Origin: Octopus bimaculoides
Taxonomy: Eukaryota
Assembly: GCF_001194135.2 (NCBI RefSeq)
Contig: NC_068982.1
Location: 117,627,210 to 117,691,209, forward strand
Reading direction: 5' to 3'
Length of the DNA stretch: 64,000 nt
Under the pieces are notes generated by a model. It worked only from the letters and a program-made list of their open reading frames with translations, did not search any database and was not told the origin of the DNA. Position 1 is the stretch's first letter; the number at the start of each line of letters is the position of its first letter. Below are positions 13,673 through 27,478 of the stretch, in pieces. The translations under genes were made by a program, and so were the position numbers.

Positions 13673-14076
13673 TCAGTTATTATGGACGAGAATTGTGTTT
13701 CATATATACCATTATACGTAGTGTCACATTAGTCCTACAGGGTCTCTAAGTTCCAATCTTTTAGCAGGAAAAAATCTTTTTTGGAACGCAAAATATGTAA
13801 AGTAGGTTTACATACGTTTTGACATATTTTTTATCGAAAGTATTTTCTTTGCCCCGAAAAACTTTATTCGCGTTTTTATGCATAATACAAAGAGGGAGAG
13901 AGGGGGAGAAAGAGAGAGGGAGAGAGAGAGAAATATGATTCTGTATTTCTTAGAATACTTGGCTTAAATTTAATACACTAACATTGCATTCGTATTTCAT
14001 CTCCGATCTATATGCCAATACAATTTCTCTCTCTTTCTCTCCCTCTCTCTCTCTCTCTCCCTCTCTCTCTCTCTCC

Positions 14077-14141
<65 letters not shown>

Positions 14142-15139
14142 TTGTATTGATATATCTAACGATATATAACTATTTCTATATCTTTATTTATATACTCCGT
14201 GTATATGTGCAGAAGTATACATATACGTGTGTGGGATGTGAATGTATGTATATCAGTGCACGTATGCCTGTGTTTATATGTTTACGTGTACAATGGGAGT
14301 GAGAGGGACAGAATATTTTAGGAACGTTTTTTTAACTCTAGCAATTCTTTTCCTATCCATTAACGCCTACTGATTGACGTGTACAGATTTTCTTCTATAT
14401 TTTGAAATTTGAGAGTTATAAATCGACAGACGTAGCATTCTGTTGAAATATTTAAAAAAATGATGGTAACTAACACACACTTTCAATGTTCGATAATATT
14501 TCCTTTTTATTAGATAACGTTGTGCTGTTCCTTGCAGTAGGCAAATATAGGCTGGCCTTTGAAAATTGTTTTGCTTTGAGCTCGATTCGTGATAACATTT
14601 CGTGAAATTAGATTTCCTCTTGACGGATAGAGTTACATTGTTCAGGCTACAAAAATTGTGATTCCATAGAGTGAGGTCTTAAAATACATTGATTCGTAAT
14701 GCTGGTTCAATTTGTATTTTTTATTCTTAATATGAAGATTTCTTTTGTTGCATTATGAATGTATGTGCGTGCGTATCAGTGCTTTTTTTTTTTATATATC
14801 TGCAAAGATGTGGACTTTAAGAGGTGAATCACAAATGTAACCCTTTAATATTTCTTTATTTGAATATCGTGTGTCATAAACGAATATATCATGCTTACCC
14901 TCTGGGGATCATACTTCTTCCGTCTCCGTTACTGAATATAAATAACGGCTCAATCATTACTAAACAAATCTTGCACAAGGACTAAAACAAAAGTACAAGT
15001 CCTAAGTGTGTAAGCTGAAAATCTCACTAGTTAAAATAGGGAAACACTGAAGCCAGAGAAGAATGTAGTTTTAGTTTACTTAATCTATGATGCATTGCAG
15101 CACTTGTGTATATTTACATTCTAAATTATCAAAAATACT

Positions 15140-16220
15140 ATCTTTCATATAAATTTCTCGCCTTTTTCAGCTTCGCTGCAATCATCGGCAACATCACAGT
15201 TACAACGATCGTTACTATATTTTTTCCCCTCCAGTGTCTTTGCAGCAACAACTAGTGAGTATACCTCTATCACCCATAGCTTTAATAGAAGCAGTGTATA
15301 TCCACTGCTACAATTTGACAGCTGCACACCACCAAACACGCTACAGCCTCTGATATTACTGGTATCATTTCGAGAATGGCTGCTGCTACAATGATAACCT
15401 ATTCATATCACCATTACACGCTCGGACACCACAGAGTCACTGTCCACACAACAATCAAGATAACCGGTCCTCTGTAGGTTAACATTTCTTAATTGTTTTC
15501 TTTTGTTGATTGTTTTGCGCCTGGAATACATAATCGTTATTGAATATTTTCGTCTTATATGAATCTTTACTTTAATATTCTATTATTCTACTTCTTTGTT
15601 ACAATGCTTCACGCAAGCTACAACGCTTTTCTTTCATCCGCAGGACAAGTATGTAACGGCCAGAGAATTATTCATACTATCAGAGAAAGATGTCAAGACT
15701 GGTTCACAAGTCTTATCCCTCAAACCATGTTTGAGGTAAAGTCCTACTCCAGATATTTTCCGCAACATTCACGTGTCTAAATATTTCCACCTACGAGGTT
15801 TCCCAACTTTCTTCGAATTCCTTGCCCCACTTCTGTACCAAGAAGCCCATGCGATACAGGCATTAAGACCTTCGAACGACTATACCCCCACCACTTGCAG
15901 CAGTTATCAGTTCCTATTATTATTACACCTGGCACTCAAATGCCTCCACAGATTTGTTGAACTTGGAAAAACACAAACGTAATAGAGGTTACTCTTACTC
16001 AACAACTAGCAGCCTCTAGTAACCTCTCAAAAGCTTTGGCGCACCCCAACCTAAATACTGGACCACGACATCACTCACTTACTTGTACCTACGCCGATCT
16101 GCAGATCAACAACAACTAGGACTTAGTTAACGGAACTAATGAAAACCTGTTTCAACGAAGACATCTAGCTCAAACAAACTCCACTGCTACAAATTAAAGG
16201 AAGCAAGATCTCTCAAACAT
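15140..16220 (+). mobile_element. Putative Penelope-like element, 5' region and ORF N-terminus (decayed)
   Basis: After an AG acceptor at ~15641 the frame reads DKYVTARELFILSEKDVKTGSQVLSLKPCLR*SPTPDIFRNIH, similar to the PLE N-terminal pattern H..FL..C.....P..F. It has many stops. Confidence 0.35.
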
Positions 16221-16299
16221 CAGTTGATATATATATATATGTTAAATCTCCGAACGATGTATTAACAGTAACTGCACGATAAAGTGAAGTATATTTGCC

Positions 16300-16443
16300 A
16301 CTTAAATGTGGCTGACCCCGAGGGATGGATGTTACTGTTGCTTTTAGCCCCAGGAGGACATCTCCTCCAGCTGGCTATCGACACACATCTGTGCCCTGTC
16401 TGTATTTGCCAAGGGAAGTTATCCTTCCCATCTTGATCTACGA
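16300..16443. repeat. Interspersed repeat homologous to the arms of the 19-kb foldback
   Basis: TGTTACTGTTGCTTTTAGCCCCAGGAGGACATCTCCTCCAGCTGGCTATCGACAC..ATCTGTG versus 19069+ TGTTGCTGTAATTTAGCCCCAGGAGACATCGTCTCTAGCTGGCTATACGACACGATCTGTG. Confidence 0.75.
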
Positions 16444-16868
16444 NNNNNNNNNNNNNNNNNNNNNNNNNNNNNNNNNNNNNNNNNNNNNNNNNNNNNNNNN
16501 NNNNNNNNNNNNNNNNNNNNNNNNNNNNNNNNNNNNNNNNNNNNNNNNNNNNNNNNNNNNNNNNNNNNNNNNNNNNNNNNNNNNNNNNNNNNNNNNNNNN
16601 NNNNNNNNNNNNNNNNNNNNNNNNNNNNNNNNNNNNNNNNNNNNNNNNNNNNNNNNNNNNNNNNNNNNNNNNNNNNNNNNNNNNNNNNNNNNNNNNNNNN
16701 NNNNNNNNNNNNNNNNNNNNNNNNNNNNNNNNNNNNNNNNNNNNNNNNNNNNNNNNNNNNNNNNNNNNNNNNNNNNNNNNNNNNNNNNNNNNNNNNNNNN
16801 NNNNNNNNNNNNNNNNNNNNNNNNNNNNNNNNNNNNNNNNNNNNNNNNNNNNNNNNNNNNNNNNNNNN

Positions 16869-16900
<32 letters not shown>

Positions 16901-18776
16901 ACATATATATATATTATAAAAGTTTAAAGTTAAATCAATAAAGGTATCAGAAGAAAAGTGAGAAATGAATTATCCGGATCGCATTTCTGTCATTTTAATT
17001 GTATATTATATTGCCTGCTTGCAATGAATACTGAGTGCGAATGAGCACTGAATAACCCGCTAGATTCGTGTGATTAAAATAGTGGTATCATCGGTTGTCA
17101 GAGAACACTTACGTTAAAGTGGCGATAAACACTACTAATCCATACCTAATTCATGCATAAATACATATTTGCTGGATAAAAGTCATCATTCTAAAAACTA
17201 AAAATCACGTTTAAAGGATGTCGTACACAAAATAGGATCAGACCGCTCTGCATTTCTATAACTTTCAAACCGCGTCTGTAACAGCAAAAGTCTTAACCTC
17301 AAATCTTAAATGATAGTTTACCACACTGTATTGATATACAGTTTTGAAATATGTCAGGTGTTCAAATGATTTTACCGTTTCCATCAACGAGTGTTTCGCG
17401 TCGAAGTGAAGGGACTATTATCGTTAAACACAGCTACATTTGTGTCTAAATCAAGCATATCTCATCCATGCAAAAATATTTACTTCGTTTGTATTCTGCT
17501 TCGTAAAGGAGCTGCTGGATAATCAGGTGCAGAAATATTTCCTCACTGGCAAACTCTCTTGTTATCTGCTTTCTATTTGTAATTTATTTTGTTGCTGTTA
17601 AAGCGTGTTAAAAGATTTTATATTTTCGTTATAACTGCGAAATAATCATAAATGTGTTCGTTGGGGGCTGTGAGCTTTTCTAATATTTACACTTTGAGTC
17701 GATCATTGAATTTCCGTAAAAGTTATAATTTAGTTCCAAAATTGTACTTTCCCCTTTTGTTTTGGTTTTTTTTTGTGGCATAGACAGGAATGGTGCACAC
17801 TGCAACATTAGACGCCATTGCAACAGCGATAAGTCATGCAACAAATTTTAGCAAAGATAAAATTGTAAGGAGCATCATATTTTCACCACTGGATTTAAAA
17901 CGCAGCATTAACAAGACTTACTAGTTTTCATCTGGAATGCTCCGCGTTACTTTATCATTTAAACACTCTATTTATTTATTTATTTATTTATTTATTCATT
18001 TTCCAATTCATTATATTTTTCACTTAATACCATATCTGAAAGGTTAAGAGAAATACAACGTTCGCAATGCAATATAACTGAAAGGAAAAAAGAATGGAGC
18101 TTAGTACATTCATGGAAGAAAGAGTTTGTCACGTATACAATGCCTTATAAATGTGTTATTTTATATCTGTTAAAAGATATTTCATTCCTATACCTGCTGT
18201 TGTTTATTTTATAATAACTTACGCGAAAGGAGTAAATGTTAATGACGTGTACACATAAAGACTATATATTAGATGATGATCGTGAAATGAAAGGTAACTA
18301 GATTCATAATTTTTTGTTTGATAGATTTGTATTTGCAAACACACACACGCACTCACACACACACGCACACACACATATGCAGATATATTGTGCGATGTGC
18401 ACACATTCTTTTCTGGTTAAAGACATTGTGTAACTTAAAGGATATAGGGATACATTTTTCCAGTGAAAAATTATTAAATCCAAACTTTTCTTGAGTCCCA
18501 CATACAATATGTGTGTTTAATTAGCAGAATCACTAGAACGTCGGATATAACGCATAAAAGCATATTACGGCTGTTACTTAACCTAAGATCTATCCTCACG
18601 GAAATCAAGTTTGCTTCTGCTGAGGTGTCAGTTAAATTTCATAACGCAATTAAAACGACAGTGGCCTCTGTCCAATATCAGAAGTTATGTGTCAATATTT
18701 GAAAGGCTATTTTTCAGCAACAAAAATGAATGAGCTGTCATGAACGAAAGTTGTAAAGTAGCAAGGTAATAAGTAG

Positions 18777-18891
18777 TGAGAGAGAGAGAGAGAGAGAGCG
18801 AAAGAGAGAAAGAGAATCAGAGTGAATAAGAATGTGTGGAAGAGTATGAGAATATGTGAAATAGAATGAGAGAGTAAGAATATGTGTGGAA

Positions 18892-18932
<41 letters not shown>

Positions 18933-18945
18933 AGAAGGGAGAGAG
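18777..18945. repeat. (GA)n-rich low-complexity tract
   Basis: Seen directly in the sequence. Confidence 0.9.
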
Positions 18946-19021
18946 TAGGATTGTGTTTATATTAGAAAATTACTAATTTTAAATCTCACAACGTGAGATA
19001 TTCAGCAACAGTACTTTGTTG

Positions 19022-19594
19022 TAAAGATTGTTTGCCAACATAACATGGCAATCCTTGTTTAGGAATAATGTTGCTGTAATTTAGCCCCAGGAGACATCGT
19101 CTCTAGCTGGCTATACGACACGATCTGTGTCGATCAAGGGAATCTACATTTTCGATCAAGGGAATTTAGCACCACACTCAGATGAAAACAGGGTTATTTC
19201 TGTTCATCAGCACAGAATAATTGTTCGGCTAGAGGTGGCGCTGCCAAATTCCCGTTGCTGAATATCTCACGTTATGAGATTTAAAATTAGTAATTTTCTA
19301 ATTTATAAATCAGTGACTAGTGGTCACTTTGAAAACTATATATTTCGAACAAGAATTTGGCAGTGCCACGTCTACCCGAACAATTATTCAGTGCTGATTA
19401 AGAGAAATGACCCAGAAATCGCGATACACAGATATTGTTTTGAGCTGAGTGGGGGTGCTAGATTACCTTGTTCGAAAATGTAAGGACACAGATCGTTTCA
19501 TATAGCCAGCTGGAGATGATATCTCATAGGACTAAATTACAGTAAAATTATTCATAAACCAGGATTGCCATGTTATTTTGGCAAACAATCTTTA
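19022..19594. repeat. Foldback: ~230-240 bp inverted repeat arms (19022-19251 / 19353-19594)
   Basis: The arms begin and end TAAAGATTGTTTGCCAA.ATAACATGGCAATCC / GGATTGCCATGTTATTTTGGCAAACAATCTTTA and are collinear throughout, roughly 80% identical by eye, with indels. Confidence 0.9.
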
Positions 19595-20959
19595 TTGTAT
19601 TTATATTGTTATCAGTGTGCGTAGACTATGTTTTTTTTTTTTAATTTTATTGGATGAAGAAACACATATTCGTCATTGATGGAGTCATATCTTTTGAATC
19701 ATGTGTGGTATGCCAATGACCCAGCAAAAGACAATTCAACATCAGAGGATTATTATATATAACATGAATTTTGATATTGAGCGCGGAGAAATGTCAGCCC
19801 ATGTTTCTTGACGGTATTGTGATTCGTGTTTTTAAGAGACATGAACAGAACGTATTTAATGCGTATTAATACATTACATGTTATGTTTATCCAATTTAAT
19901 TATATTTGCCATTTCACGACTTAGATTCATGATAACAGCAGTTATAAAATAACACGCCAAATATTTTATATGAAATCATATTTACTCTTGACGAGAGAAT
20001 CGGGCAATGGTTAAATAATTTAAAACATGATTCAATCAACATCAACTATAAAGACTTGCACCTTGTTGGGTCGCATAAGCTGAGTCCTAATCGCAAGCAG
20101 ATAAATGAACTAGCATTATAGCGCAATACACTTAACATGAATAGTGGTAGAAACAAGTCTTAAACGGTGATTTTTGAATATGAGACTAATTCGTACGTGA
20201 TATTAATGTATTTTCCCATTCCCTGTGAAGTACAACTCTCGTTTAATAGCAGGGCTATTGAAACGGCTACATACGACTATATTTTATTGCTGTGAATTCG
20301 GAATGACGTTCTTCCCCACTAAAATTATTGATCAAACGTGCTTGTACATCACTTTCTCTGATGCTGTAGAATACTGTTGGTAAAGCCGGATAAGTGGATC
20401 TTTTTGGATTTTTTACCTTATTTTCTTCTTGCTATCTCATATATTTCGAGCTGCAAATTTTATGGTCTCAATTGGTGTCTTCTACACAGCGTTCTTCAGC
20501 GAGACATTCACTCAACTGAGGTAACACTTAACCACATTATTATAATTTAGTTTTAGTATCGTATTCGATGGCTATGAATTTTACTTTCTCTAAAGCAAAA
20601 CTTTGCAGATCCTGTAATCCTCCATCTAAACAAGAAGCTTCATCCACTGCATTTTCCCCTCCAAATTGATACACTCATTTGTGAGAAAATTTGTGTAGTT
20701 GATACTCAGATTATCGCAGTTTGTGAATGTCATAACTTGAACATTTGAACACAAATTTTGCAGACAATGCAGTGTGAAGATCTTGAAAGTGTACAACTGA
20801 TAGAATAAAATCGGCTCCCTCGAACACATTTCAGGACCTTCAGGATGCAAAGCAAAATCACTTTACAAGCTTTTCCTTGTATTCTTAACACAGAAACAGA
20901 GAATTCTATCTGTCATTGTCTTCCTTCTACAAACCAACTCTCATCTTATCGTATTTCGC

Positions 20960-21059
<100 letters not shown>

Positions 21060-22785
21060 AGCACAGAAAAATAATGAAGTATATGCCACCCTTTGTATGT
21101 GATGCAACACCAACAAATCAAGCACATGTGATTTAAACATTCATTCGACAGCCATACATTTACCTATAGAAACACACATATTTGCTAACGTTTCACTCTC
21201 TTTCCCATTTTCCCTTTCCATCTCAGGATAACGCCACTTATTTGCTCATGCGAGTAGTGCGCAAAAAGCACAGTCAGCAAATGACTGAATTTAAAAAAAA
21301 CGATTATGCGCTTGACATGAACACACACATACACACACATGTACCCCCCCCACACACACACAAGACAATCGGAGAGCCACTAATGCACCACGTTTTTCAT
21401 ACACATATGTACACATACACAAGCATGTACACATACATGCGTCTCACCATGCTTTCACTCCCTTAAAACACCGCATGTGCCTTATCCCTCATCTTTCGGC
21501 CGACACCTAGACAACCAGGACTACGAATTACCTACATTTCCACATTACATATTTTTGGCCACAGATTTTTGGGTTGAAACGGGTTGAGTTTGTATGATGT
21601 GCGTGAGTGTGAGTATGTTCCTTATGCAGCCAAAACGGATTTGCCAATTGATTTTGACTTTAATTGCATCAATATATTCAGTAAGCTTTTGGCTACCAGC
21701 TAAACTATAACTTCATTCACATATTTGCATTACAAAACATTAAGATTATCATTTTTCTTTTAGTCACCTATCGTAAACGATATTTTATATCACCACCAAA
21801 ATGAGGATGACGTCACATTTTCTATATGAGTGTGTTCACACGTTCCTTACCTATGTTAGGCCGATGACTGACAAGTATATGTGTGTGACAGTGTATGTGT
21901 CTGTCAGTATACATACATTTTAGTGACGACTGAACGCACGCACTTCTAAAGACAGAAACAGACACATACAGGGACAGATATAGGCTTCAGGTGTGCGTTA
22001 ATGTATATGTCTGCGTGTGTGTCTCTTAGCTTATGTACATAACTCCCCCCTCGCCAACAGTTAAACGCGCCGATATTGAAAATTTTCTTGCGGCCTGGAA
22101 TTCAAACAAACAACAACTTTCATTTTTAAGTATTACCAACAGAAGATTTAGCTGATTTAACACTATTCACAATACTCGCGAATATATCTGAAAAAGATAT
22201 ATTATTCTGGTTATTATAACAAATTGGGAAACTTGGCGAAGTACAAAGCCTCAGCGACTCTCGCAATATAATTACAGAAATTATATTCCACTCCTAACCA
22301 ATTTCATGATATTGTTTTTTAACAGTCCTTGTATTCTTCATCGCTGTGAGTATCAACGTCGCACAACCTTTTTTACTGCGTTACTCCATATTTATCCTAC
22401 AGCCTATAATGTTACACAGTTCAAAAACAGCATCGTCGTTTGAATACACTTGGTCCAGTGTTCGTTTCAAAATTGTTTAATAAATTATTTTTGTATAAAA
22501 AATTAAATTATGCCTTCTAAATTTTCTTGGACTTTCACTTTCTTCACAGTGACATTCATTCAAACCTGAATTTATTAACATTTAGTGCATGTTCCAAATA
22601 AATGTTGACTTTCTCTGCTTTCTTACATTGATGACGCATATTAACTTTTGCTAAAATGGTGACTTTCCATTTTTCATATCATAACTATGCTACAAGAAGT
22701 ATGATTTACACCTATATGAACTACATTTCGTTTCGCTTGAATTTGTGCCTGTAAGTTTTTCTGTTTTCAATATTATCAATTCTAT

Positions 22786-22845
<60 letters not shown>

Positions 22846-22929
22846 TTCTGCGTTCGTTACATCTATCGTAAATTATAGTAAACAACATTTTACGTTGTTT
22901 TAATGACGCCACTTCTATTGAAATAGCCA

Positions 22930-23460
22930 TCCTTATCGTAGGTGATCCCATTGAAAATCATGATATTCTCATTCGTGTTCAAGATAGCTACCTGGAACGT
23001 GTTTTACAGACTCATCCCTCTTATGATGCTCTCCAGTATAATCTTATTCTCTGGAATGGACAACGCTGATATTATTTCAATATTTCTATGATTGAACCGT
23101 CAACAGGATTGTCAACTATAAACAAAAGGGTGTCGTCAAATTATTTCTATTCTTCCCAACTGATTTTAAGACCAGAACAATCAAAATCCTTTATACTATA
23201 GGCCAAAAGACTGAAATTTCGGAGGAGGGGACCAGTCGATTACATCAACCCCGATATCTCACTGTTACTGAATTTATCGATCTCGAAAGGATGAAAAGCA
23301 AAGTTGACCCCGGCGGCATTTGATTTAAAGAACGAAAAGACCGGCGAACAACTGCTCAAGCATTTTGTCCGGCATGCTAACGATTCTGTCAGCTCCCCAT
23401 ATTCCAGAACAATCAAATCAATTACACATGTCAAATAAACTTTATTTTCATTTACATATT
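22930..23460 (+). mobile_element. Helitron Rep-helicase fragment interrupted by a SINE
   Basis: Translation LIVGDPIENHDILIRVQDSYLERVLQTHPSYDALQYNLILWNGQR*YYFNISMIEPSTGLSTINKRVSSNYFYSSQLILRPEQ matches the Helitron motif H.SYDALQYPL.F..GEDGY...KKVS...Y.Y.LM.R. Confidence 0.8.
23186..23403 (-). mobile_element. tRNA-derived SINE with 14-bp TSD
   Basis: Minus-strand head with A/B-box-like motifs and a TTTGCTTTTCATCCTTTCGAGATCGATAAA core. Flanked by the direct repeat CCAGAACAATCAAA (23172-23185 and 23404-23417). Confidence 0.85.
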
Positions 23461-24344
23461 TTCTACCTTATCTCAATATCCAGCTAAAGTTATTTCAAAT
23501 ACACTTCTCTACAACGACCAGGTTTCATTACAAAATGAAAATAGTTTCACACACTTTCAATTTCAAACAAAATTACAATCTACAGCATTACGACAGTGAC
23601 AATTTGTGGATAATGAAAGTAATATTTCTCCGAATTAGATTATAATAAAGAAAGTTGATTATCTACCAAATAAACTATGTTTTTGACTCGACAACTCATA
23701 TTTTCACAACTAAAATAGCCTCGGCAACTAGACTGGGTCGCACAATTTTGAGGTCATTTTCGGACAATATTTCGATTTATTTCTAATACTTTCACATTTG
23801 TCCGCTGTTTCCCACATGCGTAGAATTCTACTCGGACAAACATTTATAGAAATGTACGCATAAATATTGTATTAAAATAAGCCACAGCCCAAAAATTACT
23901 TTAAAAGACATCCATTTTTCTTTTTGTTATGAAGAAATACACCGTCATCTGTATGTATGTATATATGTATATATATACATAGTGAAATTCAGAATAAAAA
24001 AGCGAAAATGCACATTGAATATCAAAAACATAATAGATGTTTTAATGAAAATTAGCGATAAATAACTACAATTAGATGAACTGAGGTAGAGTTAAGAGGA
24101 ATTAAATTCATTATTTTGAATTGTTAAAGAGATTCGAAGCCAAACAGGTGTCGTCATTGCTGTTCACTTGCTTTGAATGCGTATCAATTATCAAACCGTG
24201 TTGGATCTGCTAGTCCCTGAGTAAAAAGATTTTGCAAGTGAGGTAAGTAGTTCTGGACGTGGTGCAATTAGGGTAGATATAATACTGTAATATGAATAGT
24301 ATAAGGAATGTATGGGTATTTGGGGCATTACTGGTAAGGTTCGT

Positions 24345-24570
24345 ATCAATCCGTCGAAGAACCACTCTTCACAAATAACAAATCCGCCACCCACAATACA
24401 AACAGATACAGGTCAGTGAACACATAGAAAGGTGTGCTAGGAAACTTAATCCTAATTTCCCAATTTTCCCCTTCTATCAACGTTCACAGAACACATCAGT
24501 GCAGCAAAGAATGAATAAAGAAGCAAATTTCATCAATAAATATCATCCACAACTTAACATGAACACATAA
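24345..24570 (+). mobile_element. Penelope-like element, GIY-YIG endonuclease C-terminal fragment
   Basis: SIRRRTTLHK*QIRHPQYKQIQVSEHIERCARKLNPNFPIFPFYQ...RMNKEANFINKYHPQLN*; homologous to the 38500-38707 peptide. Confidence 0.65.
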
Positions 24571-26836
24571 TACAGAACACTACTAACCTACAATTAATGC
24601 TATTAGCCTACCAACCATTTATTCACATACGTTTTATAGATAGAGATGTGACTGGTGTACCACATGCAGAAATACATGATATATTAATAAAGTTGCCCCA
24701 AATGTGTATTAAAGCTTCAACCCACCAGTGTGCAACACATCTTCCTTTCATGATAAAACCACTTATGATAAGTTATATATGTAACGAGCAAATATATTGA
24801 TATAACTTAAAGTAGATGACTGGAATCGAACGTAGTTGATTGGTGTCATTTGCTGAATTTTCCCTTAAATTTTCTGTCGTGGCCCTCGTTAGAACACCCA
24901 CAAACAAAGGAAATATTGCCGTAAAGAAAGAAAAAGAGTAACATATTCATAATTTATTTGACACTTTGGGTATTGAATATTCACTGAACCTATGGAATAT
25001 ACATATTATTGTCGAATAATTATGCGATAATCGGATGTGATATTTCATTCCGCTGAGGCAACTACAGGCGAACTGCTTCCTTATTAATCTCTTTTCCTTC
25101 TGACATTTAATAGGTTTCTTATAAAGCAAAACGAATGCCAGTATTGTAGACGAAAGTAAGTTGTATTTTCTTCATTACTCAATAGATCTTTTAAATCTAA
25201 ACCTAAACTACTGCTGTAACGGCATATATTCGGCATTTAATATCCGAACATCATGCAGTTACTCGATATTATATTTCAGAAAGTTGTCTAATAACCAGCT
25301 TTCTTATCATTCATGCGAGTAATTATATTTAATTTACTAAACTACATATGTGAATTTTTTGGTTGATTTGAATATAATATAGCATTGGGGCGGTGACATT
25401 TTTTTCTAGAATAAAATATACATATTCGGAATGTTTCTAAAACGAAATGGCAATGATAATACAAAAAAATACTATGGAGAAATCAGCAAGATATCTGATT
25501 AATTTCATGAAAGATGATAACATATCCTTTGATTACTACTGATTTGTTGAGAAGCATGATATTACCACTTTGTAATGCTGTCTTCAGCTATGTCTTCATT
25601 AATGAATTTCCAACTATAAAAGAAGAAATGGGGCATTAGAGAATCTTCGACATATTCATACATTCGCTGATGATAATGTACTGTATATTCAGTTAAGCAT
25701 CGACAGAGCAAATCGCCCGCGTGATAATTTGCATCCAATAATATATCATATGTCGTTTTTATTTCATTTTTGAAATGCATAATGTAATATAGGTTAATAT
25801 AGATTATTGGCGCCCAAAATACGAAGATACCACACTAGTTTGTATTAGTTGTAATAATCAAACGAATTCATGATATTTTGAAATCATTTCATACGCACGT
25901 ATCTAGTCGCATAATACGTAACAGAAAATGTATCCACTAAATAAATCTTCCTCTGCTAAAGGATTTCCAAAAATTCTCTCAAATGGAAGGTTCACGTAAT
26001 GGATATATTACCTGTTATATATTGCTCAGACTTGGAAAGTAATCTCATTATTACAACGTCATATATATATATGTATATATGTATGCATACGTATATATAT
26101 ATATATANNNNNNNNNNNNNNNNNNNNNNNNNNNNNNNNNNNNNNNNNNNNNNNNNNNNNNNNNNNNNNNNNNNNNNNNNNNNNNNNNNNNNNNNNNNNN
26201 NNNNNNNNNNNNNNNNNNNNNNNNNNNNNNNNNNNNNNNNNNNNNNNNNNNNNNNNNNNNNNNNNNNNNNNNNNNNNNNNNNNNNNNNNNNNNNNNNNNN
26301 NNNNNNNNNNNNNNNNNNNNNNNNNNNNNNNNNNNNNNNNNNNNNNNNNNNNNNNNNNNNNNNNNNNNNNNNNNNNNNNNNNNNNNNNNNNNNNNNNNNN
26401 NNNNNNNNNNNNNNNNNNNNNNNNNNNNNNNNNNNNNNNNNNNNNNNNNNNNNNNNNNNNNNNNNNNNNNNNNNNNNNNNNNNNNNNNNNNNNNNNNNNN
26501 NNNNNNNNNNNNNNNNNNNNNNNNNNNNNNNNNNNNNNNNNNNNNNNNNNNNNNNNNNNNNNNNNNNNNNNNNNNNNNNNNNNNNNNNNNNNNNNNNNNN
26601 NNNNNNNNNNNNNNNNNNNNNNNNNNNNNNNNNNNNNNNNNNNNNNNNNNNNNNNNNNNNNNNNNNNNNNNNNNNNNNNNNNNNNNNNNNNNNNNNNNNN
26701 NNNNNNNNNNNNNNNNNNNNNNNNNNNNNNNNNNNNNNNNNNNNNNNNNNNNNNNNNNNNNNNNNNNNNNNNNNNNNNNNNNNNNNNNNNNNNNNNNNNN
26801 NNNNNNNNNNNNNNNNNNNNNNNNNNNNNNNNNNNN

Positions 26837-26883
<47 letters not shown>

Positions 26884-27052
26884 ATGCATGTGTATATATG
26901 CAAGCAAACATAGATGTATGGATAAATACATTCACACAGACATATGTATACACACACATACGCACACACACACACACACACACGCACACACAAACACACA
27001 CACACACACATACACACACACCACACACACACACACACCTATATATATACAC

Positions 27053-27478
27053 AGCTTGGCTGTGATGTGTGATAAGAAGCTTGCTTCCCAGCCACATGGT
27101 TTCATGTTTAGGCTCACATCATGGTATCTAGGCAAGGTTCTTCTAGAAGAGCCTCGAGTAGACCAAAGCCTTGTGAGTGGATTTCGTATAAGGAAACTGA
27201 AAGAAGCTGGTCGTATATGTATATATATGCGTGTGGGTGTTTCTATGTATATATGTGTGTATGTGTGTGTGTCTGTGATTTTCATAGCATCATCGTTTCA
27301 CAATTGACGTTGGGATGTTTGCGTTACTGTAACATAGCGTTTCGGCGAAAAAGACTGATAAAGTACTAGACTTACAAAGAATAAGTCCCGGGATCGATTT
27401 GTTCGATTAAAGGCGTTGCCCCAGCATGGCCGCAGTCAAATGACTGAAACAGGTATCAGAATAAAACAATAAAGGAAT
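27053..27478 (+). mobile_element. Near full-length tRNA-derived SINE (head, CORE-like segment, internal microsatellite, 3' tail)
   Basis: TAAGAAGCTTGCTTCCCAGCCACATGGTTTC...GGCAAG..TCTTCTA...GACCAAAGCCTTGTGAGTGGATT...(TG/TA)n...GGATCGATTTGTTCGA...CCAGCATGGCCGCAGTCAAATGACTGAAACA, then an A-rich tail. Confidence 0.75.

Noticed and set aside
9651-17685. Shared ~20-mer GCTGTGAGC(G)TTTTCTAATA at 9651 and 17667
   Set aside because: The similarity does not extend, and one such match in 64 kb is not compelling.
20626-20850. ORF with a faint F-box/LRR-like pattern (LQNLCSNVQVMTFTNC)
   Set aside because: A single weak repeat, with an in-frame stop before any usable donor.
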